From: Podospora anserina
Taxonomy: Eukaryota
Reading direction: 5' to 3'
Length of the DNA: 64,000 bases
Assembly: GCA_017654855.1 (NCBI GenBank)
Contig: CM030332.1
Span: forward strand, 3,348,001 to 3,412,000
The translations under genes and the position numbers were made by a program. This document shows, piece by piece, positions 37,921 through 52,037 of this stretch (position 1 is the first letter of the stretch; each line of letters opens with the position of its first letter). The notes below the pieces were generated by a model that saw only the letters and a program-made list of their open reading frames with translations, searched no databases and was not told where the DNA came from.

Positions 37921-39445
37921 CTTTTGCTGGAGCGGCTCTCTCCCGCACTGCTGTCGGCGGCTGCCGTCAACGCACCCGTCGTCCAAACTGCTCAAATGTC
38001 CTCGAAAAGGGCCAGTAAACAGTGTGGGACTTTCGCAATGACGTCTGCCGAATCCGACTGCCTGTAAAGTAATCCTAACAGGCAACACGCGACGTTGAAC
38101 GCGTAGGTCCGGTAGGCCAGCGGGTAATCGGTCACCTAGGAAGTCGTCACCATGGGGTAAAATGGCAGGTGCCAGTCACTCCAATTTCAGATTTCAATCG
38201 CAGTGACCGCGCGCACACACTCGGCAACTGTCGGCCGCTCGCTCGTTGTTGTTCGTGTCGGTCGTTCGTATCATCAAAGGTTCGCCGCACACGGTCGCGG
38301 AGCGCATGCGCCAACAACAGCCGACTAAAAGAAGAAAAGCGGTCCGGCAGTAGGGCGAAAATTCATGTACCGGCTGGGGGATTCGTCCTGCGACACGGAG
38401 GGGCGGTAAATCTTCGTATGGTCGTGGAAAAATCGACAATCGGTCGGCTCCACCGAGAAAAGGTCGAAGAAGAAAGGAAAGGACTAGGTCGTTGCTCGTC
38501 GCTATGAGGGACCGCCCTTGCTCAAAAGCAAAAAGGCAGCCGAAAGCCAAAACGCCAAAAGAATCGGATGCTCGATGCGACAGGCGTACTCAGGGCAGCG
38601 GACGCGCAGAAGCCGGGTCGTTATCGACGTGGAAAGATCGACGGAACAATGTGCTCCTGGACGTCGTTGAGGTGCGAACTGCTTCTGTTGCGCAGTCGCG
38701 GTCGTCGGGTGCCGAGTTTCGTGGTGATGGGGCAGTTTCAATGTTCCAGTTCAAAGAGAGTTGCAGCTGGGGTTGAGGCTGGTTCGCTCTGAGCTGGCTG
38801 GGTGCCGTTTTTGCCTAAGATCCAGGGCATCCACTGTTTTCACCCCCACTTATTGTGCATGTTTTCAAGCCACCGGTATTTATCAGGTAAACCGCCGGTA
38901 ATTTCCACATATTTACATGTATCCGTAATCAGCTTTTAATCGACGTCAGTTAACCTACCTATAGAGAACTAAGTATTGCTGGTTATATATATTCACTTCT
39001 TAAATCAATGGTTGACGCATCAGAGTCAAATCGGAACAATATTTTCATAATAATAACACAGACTTCGTTATTTAAGCCATTCCTCTCTTCCCACGAATGT
39101 TGGCTGGCTACCTATACCCGATCATCAAGAACACAAACAACCTTGCCCAGCCCGTATGAAGGGGGGGAAAAAGACGGTTCCTCTGGTGTCATTCGTCGTT
39201 GTCCCTGTTCCCGCCCATTCCGGCTCGGCTTCCTGCCCTGAAAAGTCTAACCGAGACGTTTCTTTCCCATACAAAAACACCGGTCGTTTCTAATAACTGA
39301 TATCCCCATTTGCTAAAAAATTGTCGCCATCAAGTTCGAGATGCGCTCAACTGTGTTGAAAGCCAGAGTTTAACGGGTGCTCAACCGTACTGTAGCAGAA
39401 ACCTCGCCCCAGAAACAAAACGCCATGCAGTATGTGACAAGCTAC

Positions 39446-41453
39446 TCACAACTTGTTTCCAGGTCCCAGAGCCGACGTGGTCGGCCACTGGTACCCAGCA
39501 GCGTCGCTGAACTTGTATCCGTACGACGATGTGAAGTCGTCGAGAACGGCAGGGCCACGCGAGCCTGAACAACACCAATTAGTATCTGAACTCAGTCATG
39601 CTGTCTATCGTCTCAACGTACCATATGGGTATTCCATGGGGATGATCTCCTTGTTATCGTCCAGGTAGTGGAGGAGAGGAGTAAAGATGCGCCAGCTGGC
39701 GTCGAGCTCGTCGTCACGAACAAAGTTGGAGTGGTCACCCTTCAAGCAGTCCAGGATAAGCGACTCGTAGGCCTCGGGGATCTTGAGATCCGAGAAGCGT
39801 CTGCGGTAGGTAAGATCCAACTCGGTGACGACCGTCTGCATGGTCAGACCGGGGAGCTTTGAGTTCATCTTGATGTAGACACTCTCGTTCGGTTGAATGC
39901 GCATAACCAATTCGTTGCGTGGAATATCCTTGAAGATGCCCGAGGTAACATCCTTGAACTGAACACGAATCTCGGTCTTTTGCTCATTAAGCGCCTTGCC
40001 CGCCTTCATGATGAACGGTACGCCATCCCACCTCTCGTTCTTGATGTAGGCAACGAGCGCGCAGAATGTTGGGCAGCGCGAATCCTTGGGCACTGTGTCA
40101 TCCTCCTTGTACGAGGGCTTGCTGCCGTCCAGCGACTTGCCATACTGTCCAATGATGACGTTCTTGGGCTCGATGGCGGGGATGGCGCGGAGTACCCGCA
40201 CCTTCTCATCTCTGATATCCTCGGACGAAAAGGAGATGGGTCTTTCCATGGCGAGGAGTGTAAGGACCTGGAGAAGATGGTTCTGCATAACGTCACGGAT
40301 GATGCCAAACTCGTCAAAGTAACCGCCGCGGCCTTCGGTGCCGAATGGCTCCTTGAAGGTGATCTGGACATTGTCGATGTGGTGCCTGTTCCAGGTGGCA
40401 CCGAGGAACGAGTTACCGAATCGAAGGATGAGAATGTTCTTGACCATTTCTTTGCCCAAGTAGTGGTCGATACGGAAGAGCTCCTCCTCCTTCCAGTCGG
40501 GCTCCAGAGACTTTTGCAGTTCCCGGGAGCTGGCAAGGTCCTTGCCGAATGGCTTCTCGACCTAGTTGTCAGGTTGGTTAGCAGGGTGTTGAGCTAGCTG
40601 AATTGGAATCAACCCACAATGACACGGGCAACGCCCCTTGATGGGTAGCAGCACTTCTTCAAATGTTGCGACACGATGGTGAAAACACTGGGAGGCAGGG
40701 CCATGTAGAACAGTCTGTTGGCCTCCTTCTTGTCGGACTCGAGCTTCTCGAGGTGCTGGTTGAGCTGTTGGAAGGACTCGTCACGGTCATATTGACCAGA
40801 GACATATGAGCAGATGTTGAGGAACTCCTCCAGCTGCTGTTCCGTATCCTTCGTGGGAGTTTTTATGTATGTCTTGATTCGGCGGATGTATTCGTCATGG
40901 TCCATCTTTGTCCGGGCATATCCGACGATCTTGATGTCCTTGGGCAGGAACTGGTTCCGGTACTATCGCGGGGGGGGGGTCGAAGTTTAGTAATCTAATC
41001 TCGAGGCCCTCGGGAGAGGACTTTGCTAACTTACGAGGCCGAAAAGGGCTGGATACTGTGATGACAAAGTTAGCTCAATGGCTCTGGCACACACTCTAGA
41101 ATTTCCTCTCTCTATGACACATACAGTCTTCTTCTTTGCGAGATCGCCGGACGCGCCAAGGACAACGATGACAGTGTTCTCCTTGAGCTCGACGGCCCTG
41201 TTCGGATCGTTAGCATAATGTCTATGCGCTCTCCCTCCTGTGACTGTTTCCGCCAGAAACTGGCCCAATCTCGTATGCTGCCATCGCCGTCTTGGGGCAA
41301 ACCACCACCGAATGCAGTCACCGTCGAGATCGCGAGCGCGCAAGGCTCGAACAAAGCTATCCTGGTCGTCCTGAGCTCCACAGGAAGCAGAGCGATGATT
41401 CAATGGCGGGGTCTGGGACGGACTTACCCAGCAGTGTGCAGGTCAGCGGCCAT
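39446..41453 (-). CDS. zwf1: Glucose-6-phosphate 1-dehydrogenase
   Basis: GASGDLAKKK, YPALFGL, EKPFG, active-site RIDHYLGKEMV, GIIRDVMQNH, RWDGVPF, YPYGSRGP; multiple introns; unspliced end reads GNKL*. Confidence 0.97.
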
Positions 41454-43947
41454 CTTGTCGGTTGGTTCTGTCCAGCAGGGTCTTGTGTTCAAAAAGGCAG
41501 GGAAACGGAGCTGAGGGGATTTCAGGGAAGCCGGCAGCAAAGAGGACAGAAAGTTTTTTTGTTGACAGGAGGAGGGATGGGAAAACTAATCGGAGTCCGA
41601 CCAAGTTTCGGGGATAATGGTATTTCTACCGCCCTGGGAGAGAGGGGGGTTGAGTGATGCGCAGACTGGAGCTAGAGCGCAGGGCACCTTGACGAGGGGG
41701 GAGCTTACTCAGGGTCCCCGCAGGCCTTTACGTACTTGGTTGCCCTGGGCCTTGAAGGGGGAGCTTGGACTGGGTCCGTGTTAGGACCCCTAACATGACA
41801 TATCGTCATAACAATCGAGGAGTCCGGATGGCAGAAACAGTCAGCTGCTTGCAGGCCTACATGAAATATCTACGTGCCTCGGGACACCCCCGAAACGGGG
41901 CGTCGCAAAGTGAAGTTTTGCGCGGTTGCCGCTCCCAGGACAGTCACCCCCTCTGGCAAGGCATACCCGGCGAGCGGTGTGGGAAAGACCATGAGCAGAG
42001 TTGGGTCGGTCTGATTCCCGGCCACAAAAGCTTTGATTCTCAGATACACTAACACTAACCGGTCCCGGCGCTTTGGAAGCTTGCGTCTTGCAAAGGCAGT
42101 GACCCAGAATCCCCAACGCGGTAATACACACCCTTTTCCCAAATTCTGAGGCCGGCGAGGTACGGCACATGCCACGCCTATCTCAACCAACAAGACGGGA
42201 CGCTGCAAAAGAGCGGGCAAGCATCAAGCAGAGGGCAATTCCATGTTGACCAGATGCAGTTATGTCTGCCCTGAGATTCAGTTGCACAATATGTAGCATC
42301 AGTGTTTTGGCGGATGAAGGTAAGGTAGGGCTGCTCGTGGAGGGGCACCGCTTGCGACTTGTTGAGCTAGGTGGGGTATCCGAATCTTGTCGAGCTCCCC
42401 CCTGGCTCGATTTGAGCTCTGGCCACATCAAAGGGGGGGGCCTCCCTCAACCCTCCCCCTCGTCACCCTCCTCCGCCTCCACGCCGCCTACATGTTGTCC
42501 GCTACCCACTTCTGTAGGCGAAGGAAATAACGCAGTCACAGTGGAGGACGCTGGCCTCGCCAAAGGCCGAGCTACCAGTCAAATAAAACAGGCAAAAATG
42601 GCACGTTGTGGTGCGGAGGTCCCGGAATAGTTTTGTTGGTCAAGGGTTCGCTCGCCGGCAGAATGCGTCAAGTTTGACTCCCCCCACGCTGACACTTGCT
42701 AGCTCCGGTGAGCAAGCACCGAGAGACCAAAGAGAAAATCGATTCCATAATAAAAAGTTCCCACCCGGAAGAAGCTTCTTCACATCTTGTGACAAGTATA
42801 TCCTCTCTTGTCAAGTCCGCGGGCCAGAGAATTATCCAAAGTCTCTGGACACAACTGACGCACTTCTCCGCGGGGTTGAGGGTCTCCGGAGCCGACGCTC
42901 AGAGTCCGTGGTGGTCTCAGGAGTTCGGACATCCCACATCTGCAACCAACCCTTGGTCGGGCGGGCCAAGACTGACAATTTGGATGTTTTAGCCACTTCA
43001 GAATATCGAAAAGAATGGCCAAGCATACCTCCGACTTCCGGGCCGGCTTCGCATGTCGTGATGCTGGTGGAGTGCTTCCTAAAAAGAGTCTTGAGCATCT
43101 TCCCTGTACGGCTTATATTACCCGCCCGCCCTGCAACCGCTTATTTCCCTCAGAAATGCTTATCAGATCTTGAGAACGCGGCTCTGATTTTCAGCTTGAA
43201 TTCCCGGACATCTCTTGACATGTTTCGAGCCAGATGGCCGGCAGAGAGGTCGTGTTCGGAGTGGGGGGTATGTTGAATGCTGTTCACAGCTGGTTGGTTG
43301 TTCTGAAGGTTGGATACAAACCATGCCCATGAGAGGGAGATAATGGCTCTAACAGGCGACTGGGGTCGACCAAATTGTCTGATTCGAGCTTACAAAGCTG
43401 AAGCCGCGCTGAACCGAGAAGCTCAAGAGGGTGACGTACGGGGGCTAGCAGCGGCATGAGGATTGTCAGAGGTCTGGTGCTGTTATCTGATGAATCATCA
43501 CTTCAGGTCCTCCTCGGTCGTCGGTCGTCGGTTGCAGGAAGTCCACAGCCGTTGTGCTCATCGCAGATTTTCTCTTGGCATCGAGCCAACTGGACAAGGA
43601 TCAGGGGGAGACAGCACTGACAATTTTTGCGATTGCATCACTCGTGGCTGAGGACCCACCAGCCACACCTCGCTGAGTGCAGGGGCCAGGCGGGAGTGCC
43701 CCGCAGAACTGCAAAGGTCGCTCCTGCCTGCCGAACTCGGCGCCACAGATAATCCGCCCCGCTAAACTGGCCCAAGCCCTACCAAATCCCACCATGCGAA
43801 TTTTCGAATTCATTTGGCGTGCCGAAGGTAAGTGCAGAGCCACATTCACGTCGCCAAACGCCGGACCTCTAATCAGCACGACATTTTGCTGATTGCCCTT
43901 GACCGTGGCAAGGAAGAATCTCAGAGGGAAATCACCAAGCCATCAAA

Positions 43948-44702
43948 ATGCCTACCGAAGCTGGTCATAGACGTGAGTCTGCCCGAGTATCCGCAGCAAC
44001 AACAGCAGCGACGTCGTCAACGCGAAATCTGGGCACCTTCATGGCCGCCGTCACGACAAAGTTGGCGATGGTCGCTGCTGGATTGCCAATCGAGTGAAAG
44101 ACCATGGGCTAACATGTCTGATCTAGTATATGTCAAGTGAGTGAAACCCCACCGGCAGTTCGACCCGCTGCGAATCGAACCGAACACCACGACGCAACAT
44201 TGCGATTCAGAATTTCGAAATGCCCGATTCGACTCGATAAGAAGCGCGAGACTGACCAGATTCCTTCCATAGGGGTCGCCACCTGAGCTACCAACGCTCC
44301 AGGCACGCCGTCCACTCCAAGACCTCTCTCATCAAGATTGAGGGCGTTGACGACACAAACGCTGCCAAGTAGGTTGCGAATCGACTTTGGGGACTACAGA
44401 AGGACAGGAGTTAACAATGGGCACAGCTTCTACCTTGGCAAGAAGGTTGCGTACGTCTACCGTGGTCAGAAGGAGGTTCGCGGCACCAAGATCCGCGTTA
44501 TCTGGGGCAAGGTCACCAGACCACATGGTACGATATATCGGGAGCTCTCTCCGCAGCGGCTTTTTCTTGGAAAGTGTCTCTTTGTGCTGACACTCTTGAT
44601 ACAGGCAACTCCGGCGTCGTCCGCGCCAAGTTCCAGACCCCTCTCCCCGCTAAGTCTTTCGGCGCCTCGGTTCGCATCATGCTCTACCCCTCCACCATCT
44701 AA
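43948..44702 (+). CDS. rpl33: 60S ribosomal protein eL33 (L35A)
   Basis: Spliced product [80 protein letters not shown]; four introns. Confidence 0.95.
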
Positions 44703-45259
44703 ATAAAGATGGGGGAGAATGGGCTGGGCAGGAGTTGGTCGGTAACGGGTGGTTCATGATTTCGGTGCATATGGAATTAGACAGGGACTTGACGAAATCA
44801 ACAACGGACGGCCCTGCTTTCTAGCATTAAAAATCAGGGCAATCGCAAAAAATGACAAAATGCCATTTGAGGATCCGCAACATCTGGGGTGCAAAGGGAT
44901 TTCAGTGCTTTGGGTGCGTTGCGGGATGGGACACAAAATCGGCAGTTCAGGGGCGGCACTTGACAAGAGTCTTGCCTTGTCAAAAATACAACATTAATGG
45001 CCAGCCTGGGGCTGAGAAGAATCAACAGGTCTTTCCAGACGACGACAATTGTGGCTTGGATGCTCGGTTGGTTGTGAGCTGGGAATGGGGGGGGCTATTC
45101 TTGCCTGGGATCTGGCCACGAGGTTGTGTTTTTATTTTTTTGAGAAGGGCCTTGGGTCAGACAGCAGTTATCGGAACCACTCAGTCTTCCATTTTCTCAA
45201 TTCGTTCTCAATATGGATTCTTGATTCTTGTGTGTTGTGGCGTGTTGCTAACCAGTGTT

Positions 45260-45349
45260 GGACAGAGCTTATCCAAGGGACAGAGCTTATCCAAGGGGCA
45301 GAACTCATCCAAGGGGCAGGACTCATCCAAGGGGCAGAACCCATCCAGG
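45260..45349. repeat. 18-bp minisatellite, 5 copies
   Basis: GGACAGAGCTTATCCAAG x2, then three diverging GGGCAG(A/G)AC(T/C)CATCCA(A/G)G copies. Confidence 0.9.
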
Positions 45350-45837
45350 TTTCACCTGTGTGCAGTATGGTCGTCGCCCTACCCATCATCATCCAAGTTG
45401 TTGATTAGACCAGCTTCCATAAACGTCCATGATTAGTAACAAAATTGCCAGCCGTCAGCCTACTACCAACAACCCATATCTCAACTACCGTATCTCAAAT
45501 CCTATATCTCAACAGCCCATATCTTACAAATTCCGCATCCACAACCTCACAACCCCCATATACCATTCCCGGCGGAATTTTGCAATCGATCTTATATCCT
45601 TGCCTAGGTCTCCCCCATCTCACCTGACCACAACGAAACTCGCAGGCGGGTTGCTGGTCTTTGAGGCTTGTTGCTCACATGTTGCAGACTCTTTTGTTTC
45701 TCCCACCACCGCCAGTGTTGGTGGAGTGAGGAAGGTCTTCTTGGCTTCTTCGTTTTCTTGTTTACAGGGGGGCAATATCATTTCATTTAGGTAGGTACCT
45801 AGGCTGACTTGATGATTGATGTATACTGACAGTCCTG

Positions 45838-45839
<2 letters not shown>

Positions 45840-45868
<29 letters not shown>
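45840..45868. repeat. (TA)n microsatellite
   Basis: About 14 TA units. Confidence 0.95.
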
Positions 45869-45870
<2 letters not shown>

Positions 45871-48800
45871 TTCATCCATACATGATCTTGCAATATCAAC
45901 TCTCTTCTCTCTGTCCGCTTCAATACTAACTCTTGTTAGCTGGCGAGGGGGATATGTTTTGAAATGCCACAGGCCGTTTTTACGTCCGTTCTTCCTGTGA
46001 GATTGGGTTGAGGTACAAGGGCGGGGCAAGGCGGTGGAGGCGTGGTGCAACGGGTGGTTTTGTTGTGGGAGGGGAGGGGAGGGGAGGGTAGGTGGGTGTT
46101 TGTGTTGCGGTGGAATGAGGCTCTGATGGTTGTTATTGTTGAGGTGGTCGAGTTCCTACCTACCTAGGTGTTTATGCGGAATATTGTGCATGCTGTCTGG
46201 GGCAGGCTGGTGGGCAGTGAATTGCGGCAGTGCTGTCCTGTGATTCTTCAGCGAGAAAAGAGGTGGCAAAGAAAACAAGATGTGAAGGGTCAGTCAAAGT
46301 TGATCAATCATATCGCTTTTTTCGTTCGTGCTGGAATGTACCTACCTATCTCTGTGCTACACAGTTCATCTCAACGTGAAGTGGTTACAGCGCCTAATAT
46401 CAGGGTGGACTTGAGGAAACGAAACACAGGTACAGCAGGTGGGTGGGCTGAGAGGCAAAGGTTTTTTATTCCCCGATCTCACCTTTCTTTCAGCATCTCT
46501 GTTTGTTTGTTTGTTTGCGTTTAGGTTGGTGTTTTTTGTCATTTGGTCTGATGCTGGTTCTCGGTCGAAATGGAGATTCAGATCTTGTGTCATTTACCCC
46601 CTCCCCCTCCCCTTGTGTCTATGTCTCTGTGTCGTCGAGAGTCAAAAAGTCCAAAAGTGTCACTTTGGAACATGCGACAGGTGGTCTCGTCTCAAAGCAA
46701 GACGACATCGGCCTTTCTCAGCCCACCCATGGAAGCTGAGATGGAAGACGACAGACCCTTTGTGTTACTTGCTTGATATGAGCAGCGCCACGGGCGCCTC
46801 ATTTGTTTTGGATCAGTTCCCGAACAGCTGGGATGGGATCGACAATCAGGCTGGCTAGCTTCGGCAGATAGGTTTCTCAACAGTCGGCCGGGGTTCACGG
46901 CCCTGGTCACGGTCACGGACCTGGGGTTCATCATGGGTGTGGCTTGCTTGAGATGATGCGTCTGAGACTAGGGTTAGACACTGAGAGGGGGTTTGACGAA
47001 AGACGAAAGCAGAGGTGTCTCGGTTTACGATAACGACATTTTGGTCTTCTCGAACGATTTATGAGATGGCCGGGCCGAGGTGAAGGGTGATGGTGGCATG
47101 GTGTGCGGCCGGGGATGCAGCCAGGAGCACATAATACGGCGCCACGACGCCACAGTGAGAGATGTAAAAGTCCAAGTAGCTGACTGTATATCTTCAGTTT
47201 CTCCAGCTCTTTTTGCTGGAGGGTTTCGCTGAAGCCTTATGCCCATGCTGGAGAGTAAAACTTGACTTGAAAAAACACCGGCGGGCTGGAACAATATCCA
47301 ACGTGCCGGCCTTGCGGTTAAGCTCCCTGCATCAAGCCCACCCAGGCCATCCCGCTAGTTCCCGGGCCTGGGGTTCCCACGTTGCCAAACCACTGGATAC
47401 GCAGTCGTCCCCATTCGATCGAAGACAACCACGTTCTCGTGTTGATCCGACTGGGGAAGAGTGGGGTCATGGTTGACAGATTGACAGGAGCTAGAAGCAA
47501 GATCATCGCCCTGTGAAGCCTGCTTCTTGTGCTTCCATCCTCTCAGGGCCTGGTTGGTTCGATCGACTCTGGGAAACGACGTGTATGATAACTTGTCTCA
47601 AAAAAACTAGGAAAAACCTGCTTTCTGGGAAAAAGGCTCAAGTCAAGGAAGCATATTGCTACTTTACCCCTTTTCTTTACGTACCAAGAAACTAAATGGG
47701 TACACCGGAAATTTGAAAGGTTGGAAAGAGGCAAAAGGTGGTGATATATGCGGGCGGTGTTTTGTTGTGACTTGATGTCCGGCTCCGTGCCGGACTTTAT
47801 GGTTATTCTGGCCCACCGTTGTTGACTCTGTTGTTGTTGTTTTTGAAACCTTGGTTACGTGTAAAGCGTGTACTACCTACCTTTATGCAGCGATAAGGCA
47901 ATGAGTAGGGAGGGAGGGTGGCTTCACAACCAGAAAACCTGAAGCTGCAATGCTACCCTCTCCCGCCCCCCCGCCGTTGAAAGATGGCTCTTGTATCCAC
48001 GAGTCGGGTAGTTTGGTATGGTGCCGAAGTTGAAAAGGGATAAGCCCAATCCTTTTCCAGAAATGCGTACCAACTTAGATCGGGATTCGAGTGTGCCAAC
48101 ACAGCAGTTGTGGCGTGGACGTTGGAATATATATCTTGGCTGGCCATGAATCAGTCGTTTACCCCTCATATTGAAGATCGAACGTCATCGTCATAATCCT
48201 GTCAGCGCTCCATCCAACATCCAGGAGAAAACTCTCGACTCGGGATGCTCGTCCGGGCGCACGCTCTAGGCTGGCAGCATCCCCCTTTTCGCGCCGCAGG
48301 AAACAAGAGGGAGCTAGTTGTGCTGACACCACAGCGGTGGCTACCTCGTCGAGGACCTGCAGCTTGAACCTGTCGTGCAGTTCTGGTCCGTACCGTGTCG
48401 GACGGATTCTAAATTTCTGTGGGACGCAGGGTACCCTAAGATAGCTCCCGTCCACCGTCCACAACCGTCCAAAATGCCCAACTTGCAGCTGGCTCTCCCA
48501 AAAGTTGAAACTTCCGAGGGATGATCACCAGCTCAGGATTTGCACATTGATACAATGCCAAGGGCTGTATATAACGCTGGCATTTCTCACATGTCGAATT
48601 CTGCATCTGAGCCGCATGAGTGGGCTCGGTGGGATGGCAATCGTATTGTAGCATAGGTATCGGATATCCATTCAAGGAAAAAAAGGGGCACATCCCACGC
48701 TGTCGCTCGGTAACACGGGCGCCGTGTGTTCCTCTCTGGCTGGCCGCGTAGTTGTCTGAGGCGCAGCGAGTCCGTATTCTTTCCCCCATGGCGCCTGGAA

Positions 48801-50555
48801 CGGGATGGGGTGAATAGCGGCCAGTCGTTGCCAGTCTGGAGATTGTCAGCGATGGCCGGCGATTGAGCTGTTGCAATTGAGTTGGAGATGATCTGTGACA
48901 GCACGACGCGCGGGGTTTGGGAGCGGATCATCCGGGTGACACACGAGTCTCCTGGTGTTCAGTGGATTGTGACGGTGAAAAACGGGGTTGAAATGGTGAG
49001 CTTGCAGAATGCAGACAGCAACCGCAAGCGGCAAATCATAAGCTGGAAGAGACCCGAGAGAAACACCATTGCCCGCCCTTCCACGCGGCCATCCTCAGGT
49101 GCTTCTAGGGTCGAACTGCATTCGGAATCCAGCGAATCCATTCTTAAAGATATGGCCCTTCCCGCCACGCGATTTTCATCCCTCCTTTCACATTTTTTGG
49201 AAACCTTTGGGCAACCAATCCAGATTCTTTATACCGTGGACTCCGTATTTACTTTCAAACCAGGCCGTTTCATCCAAACACTCGTTTGTGCCTCCCGTCT
49301 TTTAGCATTGAGCATTGAACCGTTCGACTTCTCCGTCTCTCTCTCGTTGTCCGATATCTGTCCGATAGTCCGTATCGATATCTCAGCAAAACGAGTTCAG
49401 CCTCCTCAATTGCTCTTTTGCCCCGTCTAAGTTCACAAACCCTAGGACGGCCCAGCAAGAACAGGCTTGGCACGAGCCACCTGGCACCTGAATCGGTACA
49501 TTTTGCGCGTCAACGACTCCTGCATCGGTTTAGCGCCGATTCTTGTTGCTGTACTGTTCGACGCATGCAAGTCGAAAACTGGCACTGAAAGTGTCTAGTG
49601 CATTCTCCAAGGCTCGTATTTCAGCAGTCGTCCATTTGTCACCCACCCACTCTCACGCGTCGGAAAGACTTGTCAAAAAAAAAGATATACATAAAAGAAG
49701 AGAAGCCACAACGCACGTGGAACAATCGCGAAGCGGCCCCCTGTTGCTTTTTTTTTTCTGAGAAGACCGAGCCAGAGCCACGCGAAGATCAAGCGCCATC
49801 CCAGCCCAGTCTCTTTTGGATTGACGTCAGTCAGTGGAGCCCAGTGTCAAAACGCCATCCGCTCCGCTGTCACCTCTCGGCACCTAGCGCCATTTACTCC
49901 ACCAAGAGAGCTCTTTCTGGGACCAAGGCCAGCAACACAGCCCGATCGATTTTTCCCATTTGCTGCAAGAGGTCGCCGACAATTGGCAGGCGGGAGTCGA
50001 GTTGTTATCTTTGGAGTCGATTCATAAAAAGGGTGGCAGGGTCGTCAGAAGTTCCAATAGTTGTTTGCCCTTGCGCCCGGATATCCAGCCTTATCACTAC
50101 TCCGTACACTACCACTTACTTCCATTACTTTACCGCCCGCAACGCTACGCTACGCTGCCCACGCATTTCTCTACTATTCCTTGTCAGACCGCCTGGCTGT
50201 TTGCTCCGTGAGGTTGGATTTGTTTGGACACCAGCATCCCACGCACAACACGGTTCCTTGATTTCAGCAGGAACCTGCGACAGGTTTTTCGTGGGTCCGT
50301 CTCTCGGAAAAGCTCCTGCACAATCAGGCACCCCAGTCCCACGGCCCACTTCGGCGCGACAGGATCCATCAACATCACCAGAGCTACGCCTGCCCCCAGC
50401 ATCTTTTTGTCGTCCTTGACCTTGCGAACTGCGATCACGACCCTGTCACCTTGCGGGCCCGCTGCAGATCCTTCTCATTTCCCATCTTCTTTCCTCATCA
50501 GCACGTACCACAGCGAAGTAATAAAGTTATCGCACCCCCGGCAGCGCCCGACAAG

Positions 50556-52037
50556 ATGGCGACCGCAACATCCCAGAACAGGAACCTCCCCCCTGCGCCT
50601 GCTTATCAGTACCCTCAGGCCCCGCCGCAACAGCAGCAGCAACAGCATCCGCAGTACCAGCAGTCATATCAGCAGTCTTACCAGCAGCCCCAGCAGCATC
50701 CTTCCCAACAACAACATCAGCTTCATTCGACTCAGCAGCGCCCTGCGAACCCAACCAGGAAATCTAGAAGCTTCAGTCTCAGGTCGGACAAATCCCAGGG
50801 TTCTAGCAGCAATCAGAAAGCCGACAAGGTCGACTTGCACGAGACCTCAGCCGAGAAGGAAGCCAAAAGACTTCACAGCAAAGCCGATCCCACCCTCGCA
50901 ATGCAAGAGGCGGAACCTGGTATGTTTTGGTGTCTCCCCTTGAGATGAGGAATTTTTAAACTGACAAACTCGTGTAGCACAGGTTGCCGCAAACGAAGCA
51001 TCGTCGCTCGCGCCTTTGAGGAGCATTCAACACAAGGATCTCTATGGCAACCCAATCGGTATGAGGCGCAAACCTGGGGAATTGTGACACAAAGTACTAA
51101 CCATAATTTCTGGCGCAGCCGAACCTGACCGCTCTAATCCCACCAGAAGCCGCTGGGAACGACCATTAGATACGATTCGGAGTTTCGAGGCAGCAATTGA
51201 TGGCGGATATAGCAACAGGAGGTCCATGATCCGGCCCGGTATGCACCCTGCACCCTTGGACATCTCGAGTGGCGGGATACTGACTAACGCATGCAATGCA
51301 GACCCGGATGCCAGAGCCAACCGACGAGCTAGCTATTATGGCAGTAAGTAATGCAATGCCGTGTAGGATTGATTTGCATGAGGCTAACATGTGGACTCTC
51401 AGATGGCAATGGTGGTAGATTCTCGCACGACAGCTACTACGGCAGCCGGCCGCCATCCATGATGTACCATGATCGTGTCGGTGGGAGCCAACAGGACCTC
51501 AGACAACATCACTACGACCAAGGGTACAACGGTCACCCGGCAGCTGGACGGCAAAGGTGGAACCGAATGCAGTCCGACCCGCACGGTAACAGGCCGGGTC
51601 CCAACGAATACGTGCTCCCCAGCAACCATCGGTCCTATGAGACAGTCACAACGGCGTCAGGGAGTGGTACGTCAGGAGAGCCAGCCGGGTATCAGACGGA
51701 CCCAACAAGCAGCGATAATAGCTCCATCGAGCGGGTTCAGTCGGCGCCGAAGAGGAAACCAGCACCGCAACAACAGCAGATGAACGACTACGGCATTGGG
51801 TTCAGCAACAACTCGGTGTATCCGCCACCATCGTTTGCAGTGGGAGCTCAAAGCAGCAGTTCAAGCTCGGGAGATTTGCCCAACTTTCAGCAACAGGCAC
51901 CCCCTCCAGCGGTTCCCCAGAAGGGTTCGACGTTGAGGAAAACCACGACTGCGTCGCCACCTCAAGTGCAGGATAGACCCTCGCCACCGGAGAAGAGGAA
52001 GAGTTGGTTTTCGAGGAGGTTTAGCAAGAACAACTAA
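50556..52037 (+). CDS. DUF2406-family fungal protein of unknown function
   Basis: Spliced product has KADPTLAMQEAEP..QHKDLYGNPI.EPDRSNPTRSRWERPLDTIRSFEAAIDG (DUF2406-like, recalled), Q-rich N-terminus and basic C-terminus EKRKSWFSRRFSK; four introns. Confidence 0.8.

Noticed and set aside
42608-43276. 222-aa ORF between zwf1 and rpl33
   Set aside because: Non-ATG start, no motifs or coding-like composition; cannot be supported.
46975-47025. CTGAGAG...GAAA flanked by AGACAC/GTGTCT, superficially hammerhead-ribozyme-like
   Set aside because: Could not build the three stems around the conserved core; an Infernal search would settle it.
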